A program made the position numbers and the translations under genes. This document shows, one piece after another, positions 36,755 through 51,095 of a DNA stretch of 64,000 nucleotides. Source of the stretch: Okamejei kenojei (taxonomy: Eukaryota); assembly GCA_035221665.1 (NCBI GenBank), contig JAVHYY010000912.1:1-64000 (forward strand), given 5' to 3'. Below the pieces are notes generated by a model that was not told the origin of the DNA, searched no databases, and saw nothing but the letters and a program-made list of their open reading frames with translations. How positions within the stretch are numbered: position 1 is the stretch's first letter; each line of letters starts with the position of its first letter.

Positions 36755-38603
36755 GATATTCAGTAACTGGAAGCTGACCTTGGAGGAGCAAGAAAGTGCA
36801 GTCGCAGGTGACGAGCGGTTGATTGAGCTGTCACTGGAAGGATGCCAATTTTATTTTTAATGTTTTTATTTATTAGAGGTAAATACATCAATGTACATCA
36901 CATATATATTGTTACAATCATTGTACCCCATAATTTTATGGCTTTTAAAGAAAAAAAAATAGAAAGAATAGAAAGAAAGAGAGTGAAGTAGATGAAAAGA
37001 GTTGTGAAAATGAACGAGCGTGCCAAAGGGGAGAAGAAACCCTTGCTCAACGAATTAGAGAAAGGGGGTTAAGAGATAGACCCTAGAAAAGAAAAGGAAA
37101 AAAGAAAGACATAGAAAGAGAAAAGAAAAAAAGCCAGTTACTATACAGGCGGAGTCGCATATCTTCCAGATGTAATGTTTCAAACATAGTTGAAATCCAC
37201 ATATTCAATGTTCGGAAGGATGTCAATTTGAATCTACGCCTCATCCTTATTCGCTGCATCGACGCATTGCAGGAGGACAGCATTTCCAGAGCGTAGCTTC
37301 TCCTCTTCGTGCGAAGGTGACGGAAATAATTCTATGCATTAGCACCACACGCAATTTTGTAACGAAAACATTGTAGTCCATTAGAGACAAGTCACAAATG
37401 ACTAGAGATGCTGGAATTTACGGGGAAAAAAACTATGCGTTGGAGGAACTAAGCGGCGTCTGCCAGACATTGTACAATAATATGGAATGCGTGAGACGAT
37501 ATGTAGCACACGAACAGCGAATCCCCACCAGAAGATTAAAGAGGGATAGACGGGTGGATATAACAGCAGGTATTGGTACGATGCCTGTTTCGTCGCTGTC
37601 CATATGGCGCATCCTTTGTTCCAAACCCATTCTCGCAAATGTCCCCATTCGGCCTCTCATTTCTCACGTAGACTACGGATTGTGGACTGCCTCTTGGAAC
37701 CAGGCAGGACTGGCTAATATTATTAACTTCGCCACTAACGTCCGCCCTGGCCTCCAATTGACTGGAACCACTTTGCCCCTTATTTACCCTAATCGTTTTG
37801 TCTCTGACTCACCCGGTGATTACACCGACTCAACAAATGAGGGGTGACGTCATCTGCAGCAAAAATAAAACCATCTGCTGGAGCTCCGTCCACTTGAACC
37901 ATGTTGGGACCAGTATCCCGGCAAACTGCATAAAGAGGGCTGCAAGTAAGAAGTGTCAATATTAGTTTTTGGAAAATCAAAGAGGTGGCACAGATTCACT
38001 TCGTCATCGTTTCCGCACAACGAGACGTTTTCTTTTGACGACCACGGATGGATTCGGGCGCCGGTGTTGTTGCATGGTTGACACCAACTCAGTAATAGGA
38101 GCCACGCCAGTCTTCCGCCGTGCTAGCAATGAGCAAGTGTGGAATCGCTCTCCTCTTGTCCGCGTCTGTGATGACGTTGACAATAAAGCACTCGATGTCC
38201 TGCGCTCAGCTGCAATCAGCAACATTGCATTCCCCAATCGAGCTTAATATCGCCAATGTAGAGAGCACACCTCTGCATGTTTCCATTTGAATGGGTTGTA
38301 ATTATGGGTCGTTATCTGACCTGCTCGCTAGTACGCAAACATAGTTTATTACTGTATCTCTAACCATTATAAATCTAAATCCAATCCATGTGTTTCCCGG
38401 ACACCAGACATGGCGATTTTGTTCACACAGATGCCGCCCTGAAAATAGACCGGGAGATGGTGGGGTTCAGCTGCGCCGATGGCACCGCACGCCGCCCCTG
38501 AGAGAAACTGAGTGAGTTGGGAAGAACTCTCAGGCGGCGGGAAACCACAACGAGCAAGCGCGATGCAGACGTATCTTGCTGCAGCACGAAAAGCTGCAGC
38601 TGA

Positions 38604-38642
38604 TGTTTTTGTAGGAAGGTTTCACTTGTTTCCATCACTGTG
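38604..38642 (-). other. 23-RSS of V12
   Basis: CACAGTG + 23 nt + ACAAAAACA. Confidence 0.93.
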
Positions 38643-39573
38643 TGCCTCAGGCCGCAGTAATAAACTGCAGAGTCGCTCAGCTCCAACCCAGATAGTGTTA
38701 AACTGACTAATTTTCTGTCGGTCTGGAGCTGGACAGAGAAGCGAGCGCCTGCAAAATCGGCTTTCTCGTCGCCTCCTCCTGAATGTTTCCACAGTATGAA
38801 CTCGGGCTTTGAGTCCTGATGATGCCGGTACCAATATAAGAAGTAGTTCGTTTCTGCGGTATCATAGGTGCAGCTGAAAGTCATCAACTCTCCTTCTGCC
38901 TTTTGTGCTGAGGGCAGCGATTGTGTGACGGTATCTCCATGATTGGGATCTGAAACAAAAGGATTAGATTTAGGTTTGTTATACGTGCATCAAGAATACG
39001 CGGAAGTCCTTTGTATTACATGCTACCCAAACAGATCAACCGATAATATACTTAAATACAATCAAACCAAACGCATGTTCAATGGATAGATAAAGGGAAG
39101 ATAGAGAGTGCAGAATAAAGTTCATATTATTGTAGCGAATCAGTTCTAGAAACTAAGGCCAATGTTGACACTGTGGTGGACATGCATCGCGTAGTTCGCT
39201 TGCATATCGAGGTGAACCGAACATTGCCGCGGCTTATAGGCAGGATGGAACTGCAGATGCTGATTTAAACCGAAGTTAGACACAAAAAGCTGGAGTAACT
39301 GAGCGTCTCAGCCAGCCGATCTTGACAAAAAGAATAGGTGACCTGAAGAAGGGTCTCGAACCGAAACATTACCTATACCAATTCATTTTCTCCGTGGCAT
39401 ATGGATGGCGATTAGATAGTACCCGGCTTTCCATTTACAAATAGGGAAAGATTAGACCGGTTCGCATTCACAATGATGGTCGACCTTTCGTCGGAGCAAG
39501 TATCCGGATTAACTGTTGCGATTTTACCTATCAGATATGCTCCACACACAATCCAAATGGCAAACACGCGCAT
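38643..39573 (-). CDS. TCR alpha/delta V segment V12 (family C), apparently functional; exons 39573-39528 and 38949-38643
   Basis: Leader MRVFAIWIVCGAYLI; V exon DTVTQS...FSC...YWYRH...DSAVYYCGLR open. Confidence 0.93.
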
Positions 39574-42500
39574 TTTCCCCGTGAAAACCCCTTGTGAATG
39601 TCCCTCCTCGATCTTGTGCTGTGCGGCTTTCGGATCTCCTGCTGGTGCTGGTGGCGCAGTAGTAACGTTGGCCCGGAAGTGACTGACTTCCGCCTAACCC
39701 AGCTTCCTCCCCAGTTGGGACTCGGTTTGTGTTGTTTCAGGTTAGGCATGTGGTGACTGTTTGGGGAAGGAAACGTTCTCATCGCCGTAAAAGGGAATAC
39801 TGGTCTCGGATTTATGAGGAACTCTTAGGTATCGTAATGTAAAGGCACTGTGATGAGCGGGTCAATGAGGGATTTATAGGTTACGCTGATTGCCTGGCGA
39901 AATGTACTTTCTGTTAAAATTCATCTCCGAGTTAGACATTATCCCCATTGCCACATCGAACCGCAAGGAACGGATTTGACGCGAGCTAAATGCAAGTTAG
40001 AATGCGAGGCCACCTTTAGAGTATTGCGTTCCGTTTTGCGAACGTGTCGTATGAATGATTTTGTCAAGCAGGAAAGGGTGCAGGGAAAACTTGCGATGAT
40101 GTTGCCAGCCCCCAAGGGACTGAGTTTGTTTCGTGTAGTTCAGAGATACAGCGCGGAAACTGGCCCTTCGGCCCACTGATTCCGCACCTACCCGGCACAA
40201 TAGCCTCCACACACTGGGGACAATTTTACATTGATCAAGTCAATTATATTTCTATAGCACATTTAAAAAATCTCTCGTTGTCCAAAGTGCTTTACATTAG
40301 TACGGGTACTAGCGTGCTACAAACAGTGGTACATAGATCAACAAAACATACATACGTGCATATATAAAGCGCTCCCTCAGAGGACCTCAAGAAAGGCTTG
40401 AGAGTAGAAATAAGTTTTAAGTCTAGACGTAAAATAGTTGATGGAGGGGGCTGTTCTGCTGGGAACAGGGATGCTGCTCCATAGTCTAGGTATTTATAAC
40501 AAGCCAATTAGCCTACACACATGTACGTCTTTGGATTGAGGGCTAAAACCCATGATAGCGGAGAAAACCCGTGCAAGTCACAGGGAGAGCGTACAAACTG
40601 TTTACATACATGCACCCGTAGTCAGGATACCCGTGTCTCTGGCGCAGTAAGGAAGTAGCTATACAGTTACGCCACCGTGCGGCCGTGCCACTGAGCTATA
40701 TGGTGAGGATGAGTTGGCTAGGACTTTATTCCATGATGCGCAGAGGGGTGAAGGGTGTACAAAATAATGGAGGAATTGATCGGGTAAAAGCACATAGTCA
40801 CTTGACCGTATAGGGGAATAGAGAAACAGAGGGTACAGGTTGAAGGTGTGTGTGTGGTGGGCTGTAATATGAACCAGAGGGGTAACCTTTTTACACAAAA
40901 GGTGGTGGGTGCCTCGAGCTGCCGGGGTAGATAGTTGAGTCAAGTACTATCGTATCCTTTTGGACAGGTACAGGGAAAGGCTAGACATGGATGAATATGG
41001 GCCAAGCGTAGGCTGGTAGGACATATTGTAGATGGCACATATTGGTCGGTGTTTGTGTGTGTGTGCGTGAGAGCGAATGAGAGAGTGGTAGCCAATGTTC
41101 GCTGTCACTGGCCCCATGCACACGCTGCTCATTCTTTTTTGGTGGCAGAGGTAATTGATTTGAGAGGTGTTGTTGGATTGGGAACTATATGTCGTACATC
41201 ATCTGCTGTGCAGTAGATTTGCCATGTTATAGAGTCATGGGCGTATACAGCATGGAAATGGGCCCTTCCACTCAATCGGCCCTCATGGAACAAAATGCCC
41301 CATCTAGTCCACTAGTACACTATTCCAATCTGCCTGCGTTTGGCCCATATCCCTCTAAACCTTTCCTCTCCATGTACCTAATCGAAATGTCTATTAAATG
41401 TTGAGATAGCGACTGCCTCAACAGCCGCCTTTGGCAGCTCGTTCCATACACCCTCTACCCATTGAGTGAAAATAAAATCTCTTCAGTTTCCTATTAAAAC
41501 TCTCCCACGTCTAATACGTTCGTCCTCGGGCCCTTGATTCGAAAGAACTCTACTCTGGATAAAATACTCTGTGAATTCACGTGATCGCATGCTCCTCTAC
41601 AGGATCATTTATGTGGTATATTCCTGGATTGCAGTGCAAATGTTAGCAGTGATGGCGGATTCAGCTGTAAAAGTTGGAATTGATCCGAGGAGAGCAGTTG
41701 GTAGGGCGATCGTCACAGCACGGCGATGTTGACCCAGCCCAATAACCAGTTGGGATTGAACCAACTTTAATGGCCGCATTTGTGCTTCAGGAGTCAGGCA
41801 GTTGGCAGTGACGACCGCGATACAACGGGCAACAGGTACATTAGTAATTGTACCGCTTTGATTTTCTCACGTAATTCAAGGTTAACTTAACAGGACATTC
41901 AGGATGGACAGTAAGCAGACAGGATCAAAGGGGAGAGTAGCGGATTTTTCTCTTCTGTCGACATGCTTGTATAAAAAACTGGCATAGACAGAACCACCGA
42001 CAATAAAACACATAGCGCCGGAGTGCTCACCAGGTCGGCTGGCATCCGGGAAGGGAATGGATAAGGCGACGTTTCGAGTGGGGATCCTTCGTTGGTCTGA
42101 TTGTGGGCAACTGGCCCTAAACATCACCTGTCTATTTTCCTCTACGGTTGAAGCCTGGTCTACTGAGTTTCTCCGCTACATTCAATGCTGCTCAATATTT
42201 TAACATCCGTCAGTTTCACCGTCGAAAGAAGGTTCACTCTGGAGAGAACTCGTGTAGGCAGCAGGAAAGTATGGAAAAGGGCGGTATGCAGGAATGATAT
42301 TGTGGAAAACGGCTTATTTTGCCAGGTACACCAATATAGCAACGGGACAAGCAGAGACAAATATAGCCTGTGTCGTTATGAAGATAAACGGGGGACATAT
42401 GCATTGAACACGTGTGAGTGCAGCATTACGTGCAGAGTTGAGGGTGCACGCATTCACTCGGGGGACATGCCGTCCTTCGCGGAGGTTTGGAAGATATTCA

Positions 42501-42742
42501 TTGGCACTGACTGGCGAGTCTGCAGAATTCCAAAGGGCAGAATCTCCCCATTGTCCGCATTCAAGGAGTATAGCCGTGCTGCTCCATATGGGGCATTTAT
42601 ATGTACAGTGTTCATTCATTCTATCCCTCAGACCCTAAATGCACACACGCAGTCACGTACAGTCATTTCTTTGACTGCTTAACACGCAAACAAAACGTTT
42701 CTTTTCACTGTTTCTCATTATACGTGACAATAATAAACTTAT

Positions 42743-42932
42743 CTAAACCAAACTAAACTAAGCTTAACTAAACTAAACTAAACTAAACAAACTAAACTAA
42801 ACTAAACTAAAATAAAAAAAATTAACTTAACTTAACTGAACTGAATTAAACTAAACTAAACGAAATGAAACTAAACTAAACTGAACTAAACTGAACTGAA
42901 CTAAACTAAACTAAGCTAAACTAAACTAAACT
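42743..42932. repeat. (AACTA)n pentanucleotide satellite
   Basis: Direct observation; shorter paralog at ~57692-57790. Confidence 0.9.
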
Positions 42933-43224
42933 TAATGAAACTCATAGACATGATTTGGGAGCCGTTGAATGCACAATGACTTCCAGGTATATACAAGTCA
43001 TTACGTTCGCTCATTATATAACACCGAGCTCCTCGGGTAACACTATTTTGATTTTATTGCTTCAGATTTTCCCTGATAAGGTCAATCACTCCAGCGCAGC
43101 TGTTTCGTCAACAGGTAGACCCCACCCCGCTCGCCGCTATTGGAAAGCCAACGGAGACATTGGGCAAGAAAGAAGGAGCGCTCTGTTTGCCGCCGACACA
43201 TCAATCACTAAGCTACTAGACACC

Positions 43225-43566
43225 ATGTGGTTCCTCATTATCTGGATGGCGTGGGGAACATTGTTGATAAGTAATAGTGACACACATACATTTCTATTCT
43301 CTTTTACTTGTGAAACAGGGTATGAATCTCAGACTTGAAATCTCGCAGGTCTGATCTTTTTTGTCCGTTTGGATCTGGTATCGACAGATGTCCGGCACAG
43401 AGCCCGAGTACACTTTACGGAAAGACAGCGATGGCGATGAACGGAAAGCGGAGTTTGGTAAAAGTCGTTTTTCTGTCGAACTCCGCACAGGGAGTGAATT
43501 CATCAGTTTGACCATCTCAGATCTGGATCTGAGCGACTCTGCAGTTTATTACTGCACTTTGAGCCG
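43225..43566 (+). pseudogene. TCR V segment V13 (family D), deletion of acceptor and FR1
   Basis: Leader MWFLIIWMAWGTLLI 43225-43270; ~125 bp missing vs V15; WYRQ to DSAVYYCTLS open. Confidence 0.88.
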
Positions 43567-43604
43567 CACAGTGATGGGAATCAGTACACACCAGTACAGG
43601 AACA
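43567..43604 (+). other. RSS of V13 (22-nt spacer)
   Basis: CACAGTG + 22 nt + ACAGGAACA. Confidence 0.75.
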
Positions 43605-43810
43605 CCAGGCGCCTTGTGGCTCGGGTTAAAATCTAATGCAAGCCTCACACGGGTTCCTGTTCGCGGTATCCTGTCATTCTGAGAATTGTTTACAAAGCCG
43701 GTTTTGGTATGATTTGCACAGGTGCGTCGGGGCTTGCTTCCTATTCGCTGGGAGCTGTCACTCCCGAATCTCTTCCTTCCGTTACTGGTCCTGTTCTTTT
43801 TTATTCTCTG

Positions 43811-43816
<6 letters not shown>

Positions 43817-43879
<63 letters not shown>
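43817..43879. repeat. (CT)n microsatellite
   Basis: Direct observation; absent from the paralogous site near 58790. Confidence 0.95.
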
Positions 43880-43883
<4 letters not shown>

Positions 43884-45159
43884 AGCTTCGAAATGAAAGT
43901 CCCGCAGCTTCCCAGCTTCTCATAAAACGCGGTATTCGGAATGTTCCTTGTTCTATTCGGATCCCGAAATTCTTCATTCAAAACATTGATTAATGCTTCA
44001 TTAATAGCAACATCATGGGTAACTTTTCCACACATACGGTGGCGATGAAGGGAACGAGCTGCCGGAGGAGGCAGTCAAGGCAGAGACTATCGCAACGTTG
44101 AAGAAACATTTAGACAGGGACATGGATTGGACATGTTTATAAGGATATGGGCAAAACGAAGGCAGGCGGGAATACTAAACTGCTGGATTAACTCAGCGGG
44201 ACAGGCAGCATTTCTGCAGAGATGGAATGGGTGACGTTTCGTGTCGAGACACTTCTTTAGACGTGTTCAGATGGGGCATGTTGGTCGGCGTGGGCAAGTT
44301 AGGCCGAATGACCTGTTTCCATGCTGTATGACTTGATGACTCTAGAATTAATTTCGGAGTCATCCGGAGGAAAGATAAGCGGTCTCATGGTTAACCTGCG
44401 GACTCCACACAGTCAGCACCTAAGTTGAAAAAAACGGAACGCTTCACCACTGTGCCATAGTAGAGGCGTGAGGCGTAATACAGAGATGGGGCATCAACGG
44501 TTAGAATACAATTTAGTTCATTCGAAAAATAAATTGAATTTAGTTTAGTTTAGAGATACAGCGCAGAACCAGGTCCCTCGGCCCACCGAGACCGCACCGA
44601 CCAGCAACCCCCACACATTAACATTATCCCCCGCACACTAGCGCCAATTTGCACTTACAGAAAGGCAATTAACCTACATACCTGTACGCCACAGGTCTCG
44701 GCGAAGACCCACGAGGTCACAGCTAGAACCTATAAACTCCAGACAGACAGCACACGTAGACGTGTCTACGGCGCTGCAAGTGCTGTAAGGCAGCAACTCT
44801 GCTGCTGCGCCACCGTGGCCGCCCGGAATGCAATTAGGTTGGGTTGGAATGGTGGGCAGGACAAATAATTCACGCATATCCTTTGCGGTTTGGGAGCACA
44901 GCGTGAATGTTGGTAAATGAACACAACGCATTTTCGCGGAGAATAATAAAGATAGGCACCAAGTCAAAAAATGATTTCCACACGCCATAATAAACCGTAA
45001 AAATAACAAATTGCCTTCTCATCATTGAATAAACTGTGATCTAGTAAATGTTTGATGAAGCGAAGAGTGGATCTCATCATTGAAACTGGAGATGAAGAAC
45101 CAACAAAATAATTTGCAGCAATTTGAAATGTGACATATGGTTGTTAAAGTAGAGGAGCG

Positions 45160-45807
45160 TGTGAGATACCCTTTATGCTCACAATTAATACTCAAAGACT
45201 AAATCCTGGAAGCAAGAGATTTCTTTATTTTACGAGTCTGCAGACCGGGTGCCTCTCCAACTCGAGACACACCGAAGCCAGAGAGATCATCCCCCTTTAT
45301 ACACAAAATCTTACATTCAATTCCCCCTCCGGACCCTTCTCCAATCAGGGTCGGAGGTGCACAATCTGTAGGTACATCCCACCGTACATCCCCTCGCACC
45401 TCCCATATCATACATTGCATGTTCAAACATGTTCATTGTAATGAGCAATTTCTTGACCAGGGGTGTGTTGTAATATTCATTTATTCTATTAAGCATGCTC
45501 AATTGCTCATGACCTGGCCCAGTTTTACTCACCTCCTAGTGAACCCTCTCAGTTTTCCTATATCAGTACTAAAGCTAAGCTATAGTGACAAGGGTCCCAT
45601 CCATCACTCCTTTCCACTGATAGGGATCTCTCTATATCACTCCCTTCTCTAGCTATACAATGCTATCTCTTCTTACTCAAGGACTCAAGGATGGGTTTGG
45701 CAACCTTCAGACACTGCTGTGTCGGAATTCTCTCTCCAGCCCCTCTCTGTTTGAATTATCTTTAAAACTCCTTTCTTTAATAGGGTTTAATCACTCTATC
45801 CCTCACA
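45160..45807 (-). repeat. ERV 3' LTR
   Basis: 648 bp; polypurine tract AAAGAAAAAGGGAGGAT adjacent (45808-45824, minus strand). Confidence 0.95.
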
Positions 45808-45849
45808 ATCCTCCCTTTTTCTTTTGCTACGCATACACTGATTAAACCC

Positions 45850-47647
45850 TCATTTTAAGTTCCTTCAATTCGAACTGACGTAACATCGTCCTAACCTTCT
45901 CCTCCTGTAAATCATAAACTTCCCCTGGCCGCATTATCATTATTTTCTGTATTTCCCCTTTCTCTCCCATAGGCATGACTACAGCCTGCATCTGACATAC
46001 TTCTGGTAATAAGTTCCCTAAAACAAGGGATACAACAGGGGATAAAGATCAGTCCAGCCACTGCACATAGAAACACAAGTCCCACCGTTCTCCACCATGT
46101 TTCTCCGAGGATGGAATCCCACCATTGGGTTCCCATAATCGAATTCCACTTTTGTATTGGAACATGCGCCAACTTCCGGATCCCTTCTGATATGTCCATC
46201 ACTGCCTGTCCATTATTATCGATGTTCAAACGGCAATTAGAGAGGTTGAATTTCCCGCATACCCCTCCTTCTTCTGCCAGGAGGTAATCTAGGGCTAACC
46301 TGTTCTGGTATATCGCTGCTCTCATCTGCGTCTGCTGCTTTGCCAGCATCTCCAGCGCCCCCGCAGTTTGGTTGGTAATTACCTCCAGTACTGCCTGTAG
46401 CCTTATGATCCGGTTTAACATGTGTACTGGTGTTCGGTAGCCCCAGGATCCATCCTGTGCCCAAGTGGCTGGTCCGTAGTATGAGATGATTCTTGCTGGT
46501 GGCCATTCATCATCTTCCCATTCTCCAATGTCTATTTTCCTCTTTTTCCGATATAGGTCATCAAATACAGGTGTTCCTAACGACCGGCCTTCTTTGGGGT
46601 TTAACAGGAAGAATCCAGGTTGTACCAGTCCAATAAAACAAGTCCCACTCCAATTCATCGGTAACACCGAGTATGCCTTGTATCCGCATATCATAACAAT
46701 CCTTCAGGGGCCTGTCCACTGGAGGCAACCTTGTTCCATATATCTCGCAATTCTGGGATCCCCTGATAAGGGTTATTTCCGGTGCAGTTCCATAGTCCGC
46801 TGATTCCACTCCATCAATCTCCATCCGGATAGCGCAATTTTTCCCATATTTCTTAGTTAGATACCATTTAGGCTCCTCTGGCCACCACACTCGGGACTGA
46901 TTTGGCCACTGGGTGACGATGCGCTGGCAGGGGCTGCTGCCTACTAGGACGGCATCCTTTGCCCAGGGCCTAGCGATACACTCAGTCCCGACCGGAGCGT
47001 CTGTCAGGACCCATACCTGGGGATCTCGGTCTTGTCCAACTGTCAGGTTCCACCCCATCAGGTCCCATATTTCAACAATGGATCCTCTACACGGCCAGCG
47101 TGAATTCATCAGTGGTCCTCCGCAGACCCAACAGTTAGTCACATTCAGGGTCCCAGCTATCCGGGTGGCCAAGTGCACAAACAGGTTTTTTTTTCTCCTT
47201 CAGGAATTTCGATCTGCTTCTTGATTTCTTCGTACAGTGTCTGGTGCACTTGAGGCTGAGTATGTGGGGGAGGGGGAGGCTTAGTGACTACTACCTTAGT
47301 AACCTCTTTTACTGCTTCCTCCTTCGTCTTATCTATTGCCCCTTTTACGATCTGAGAAGGGAAAACTAACTGTACACAAACCCATCTCTCTCCCCTTGGG
47401 CAGGTAACGGCCCCAAACTTCCCTATATACCCCCCGTATTGCCTGCCATCAAATACTCCTTTCCCCCCTCTTTACAAATGGTTCTAGTCTTTCGGTCATG
47501 GCATACTTTGTTCACATGGGAATGATAGGTAAATGATCTGGTTATTACCCCTCTGTATTGAATAGGATGATAACATTTATCACAATTATTAATACCTTTT
47601 ACAACAATTACATACAAAGCAAACAATACCACGACTGCTCCTTTCAT
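45850..47647 (-). pseudogene. env: ERV env, frameshifted (ERV3/HERV-I-like)
   Basis: Signal peptide MKGAVVVLFALYVIVVKG, NCWVCGGP, furin site [23 protein letters not shown]6C(R), TM helix. Confidence 0.9.
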
Positions 47648-47655
47648 ACTGTCAA

Positions 47656-48430
47656 TTATACATTCAATGCTTTTTTAAAAATTACTGTTAGGGGTTTGTT
47701 TCCTGGCTTCACCGTCCACTGTTCCTCCTCATCAGGAACGGGTGGATCGACGGGTCCTTTAACCCGGATCGCGTGGGTCCACCCTTTTTCTTTTGTTCGT
47801 ATTGCTGTCTCGGTTGTCAGTGATACTAGGTATAGGCCGGTCCACCTGGGCTGGAGTTTCTCCTCCTTCCAATTCTTGACCAGTACCCAGTCGCCGGCCT
47901 TTACAGCATGTATCGGAAAGTCGAGTGGTGGGCTTTGAGCCAATAGTCCTTTAGCTTTTAATTCTGTAAGGGAACGGGATACTGCCAGTAAATAGTTCCT
48001 TAAGAATACATCTCTGCCCTCTATGGTGGGTATTCCTTCTATCTTTCCCAAATAAGGTAACCCAAACTACATTTCATAGGGGGGACACTGCTAACTTTGC
48101 ATGGGGTCTCCGTTGCTTTTCTCAAAGCCTTTCTGTTTCCCTACTGCTCCAAACATGTGCCAGACTCCATGTACATATGCTGCTCTTAAAGCCTTAATTT
48201 CTGCCAATTGAGCTAAGCAAGATTGCAGGCAAGCTTCCAATTTGATCCTGCGCTATAGCTTTTACTTCTTTAGATATTACTCGTCCAAAATATTCTACCT
48301 GCTGCTGACAAAACAAAAACGTCTTCCTTGATACATCATGACCTCCTGTGCCACCTTTTCCAAGATAATTACAATGTCTCTCTCTCACATTGCTCCTCAC
48401 TTGTGGAACAAACCAACAAATCATCCACAT
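47656..48430 (-). pseudogene. pol: ERV pol remnants (RT YVDD fragment and integrase C-terminus)
   Basis: YVDDLLVC near 48430; GDWVLVK...LQPRWTGLY...TETA...WTH; most of pol deleted. Confidence 0.8.
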
Positions 48431-49021
48431 ACTATATCAACACCTTCCAAATCTGCCTACAACATCTGATTAAAAGCACGGCGCTAGTATTTAAAACGCT
48501 GCCGCATCCTAGCCTAGGTGTATTTAATACCACTTCTTAATGTTCTTACCATAGCTATGTTCACCATTATCTTAATATTATTATTAAGATCATTATTATT
48601 ATTTTTATTTCCTGATTATCGTACCTGTTCACATCCCCAACACACCTTATCCATTACCTATCTCCTTACTAGCCTTGTCTGGGCTTAGATCCAGATTTAT
48701 TTCACTCCCGATAGGGCATTTGAGAAAACACTCTCCCAAATACATTTATTATTGGCATGGAATCTCTGGCCCCTGTTTGGCTCTGTCATAGGACTCATTG
48801 TGTGTCGGTGCATTACTTATTTCAGACTTTTCAACCAGGTCTGTTGTTACTGACAACATTGTCTTTCCTTTTTCACGCTCTTTCTTTCTAAAGCAGTCTC
48901 ATCAATTCATCCCTCTGCTTCCCACTTTAATCCTTTCTGATCTGCCTTCTTTCTCATTCTAAACTCAATGTCTTACTTCTCAGATAGTTTATCCTCCTTT
49001 GCAAATTTATTCACCTTCCTT

Positions 49022-50809
49022 TTAAAATCTTCCACTGACTTCTTGATCCTCATTTTTTACCACCACCACCCCTTCTACCTCGGGTAATGTCATCACTTTC
49101 CCTTCTACCCCTGAGATTCTAACTTGTTTTTTACCCAATCTCATTCCTTCTGGTACCTTAGTTACACTCGATCTTTCTGCTCCCAAATCTACCATAAATA
49201 TCATATCCTCTCCCTGGGGTCCTAATTTCAAGTTTACCAGAGGTTCCCGTGTGTATCCCATACACCCCAGGGAGCGGAACCCCTGACTCCCCTATTCTTC
49301 CTCCATGAGTGCGTACGACTGCACCTCCCGTCGTAGCCTGGGACATTTCCTCTTGAAATGACCCTCCTCGTTACAATACTAACACCGGGGTGGCCCCGTG
49401 TACCACCCTTCTGATCCTTGTTCCTTGTTTTCCCGGGGACCCCAACTTCGGTCCCTCCATTCACCTCTTCCTCGTCCTCTAATACTACCGCTTCCCCTTC
49501 CCCGGTCTCTACGAGCACCCGGCTTTCTATCACCTTCAATTCCCCCTTCTGTACTACTTGCTGTACTGCTTGCAACATCATTTTTGCCTTTCCCTTCTGT
49601 TTCTCCTCATCCCGTCTTACATATACCTTTTGAGCCTCTGTTAACAACTGATTCAATGGTTTTTCATTCCAATCTTCCAATTTTTCCAATTTCTTTCTAA
49701 TATCTGGCCATGATTTTGTTACAAAATTAACCTTCAACAACTGCTGACCTGCGGCCGTATCAGGGTCTATCCCCGAATACTGCTGGACATTCCTCCTTAA
49801 CCTTTGTAAGAACACTGTCAGAGGTTCGTCCTTATTCTGCTGATTTTCAAAAGCCCGTTCGAAATTCTGTCCCTTGGGAACGGCTTCTCTAATTCCCTTG
49901 ATTATTATCTCCCTGAGATCTCTCATACTTTTTTTCTTCCTTCCCCTGTTTGGTTATTCCAAGTCGGCGCATCAGCCGGCAACCCCTTCTCCTGCCTGTC
50001 TGACCATCTGTCTTTCTTCTGAAGTAAACAAACTTCCCCTTATTGACATCATTGTCTGCCAACTCTTTTTTTTTTCCTGGGCCCCATGAATTTATTACCC
50101 TTTTCCAACCAGAATGTTTATCTAAACAAACCATAAAAGCTGCTTGTTGTTCAGCAATTAACTTATTTCTAATTTTGTTCAAACCATTCCCCCTACAATT
50201 CCCAAATTCCAATTCCTAGTTTAAATACATACGACTAACAATTTTCCAAATTGACTTTACTTAAAAGAAATCTATAGAAGCCAAGCAACCTACATTTTCC
50301 AACTTCCCCTTTTTAAGTTGCGATGATACAAAGCGTTGTCCGTTACCTTACAATAACCTCCCCCATTGCTTACAATTCCTTAAAGGAACACACACACATA
50401 CTCTTACAACATGTGGCCCACAGCAAACAAACCTATCACATATACAAACTTCCTCATTCATACAAAACCGGTTTTTTAAACACACATTACATTAGTTCCA
50501 TTCTTACCTCAATGAGATTGTTTGAAACAACTCAATATTTTTCATAAAAACATTTTTGGCCCTAGGAACTGATCTATTTGTTCAGCCAGTCCCAAGGGGT
50601 CTTCCAATAAACTTTTCATCTCCTTTTTAAAGTTCCTCACCCCCATACTGGTGAGAGGCACATAGTTTCCTTACTCTTACCCCGGGTGTTACCTTCACCC
50701 CATCCAACATTCGCCCCAACGGACTATCGGGCGGAATGTTAGGCTCCATATCAGTATGAGCCTCATCCAGGTTCCCCGGACCCTTACTTCTCCCGTTCCG
50801 GTTTCCCAT
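49022..50809 (-). pseudogene. gag: ERV gag-pro remnants
   Basis: MGN...IPPDSPLGRML start; capsid MHR-like QNKDE...FLQRL; broken zinc knuckle; protease MVDLGAERS. Confidence 0.85.
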
Positions 50810-51074
50810 TACCTCGTCGGACTATTCCCGTCCGACAGACCCCGGTCGCCCAGGTAATACTTAATAGTCGTTTTTCTTACCTGGGTCCTGTGCACAAGAA
50901 TCGCTCGACCGTCCCGTACGTATTTACCTTACACCCCCTCTTGCTTCTCGAGTCTTTTCCAGCGGATATCACTCGCTCAAACTGCTGATGGCAAGCAAGG
51001 AGATCAGAGACTGCTGAAATCAGCAGGGTGCACTTCCCCTCCTTCGTTGCCTCCACCAAGCAGCCGGAGTGGCG

Positions 51075-51092
51075 ATCGCGGACGAGCCCCCA
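51075..51092 (-). other. Primer-binding site, tRNA-Pro
   Basis: TGGGGGCTCGTCCGCGAT (one mismatch to TGGGGGCTCGTCCGGGAT). Confidence 0.9.
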
Positions 51093-51095
51093 ATT

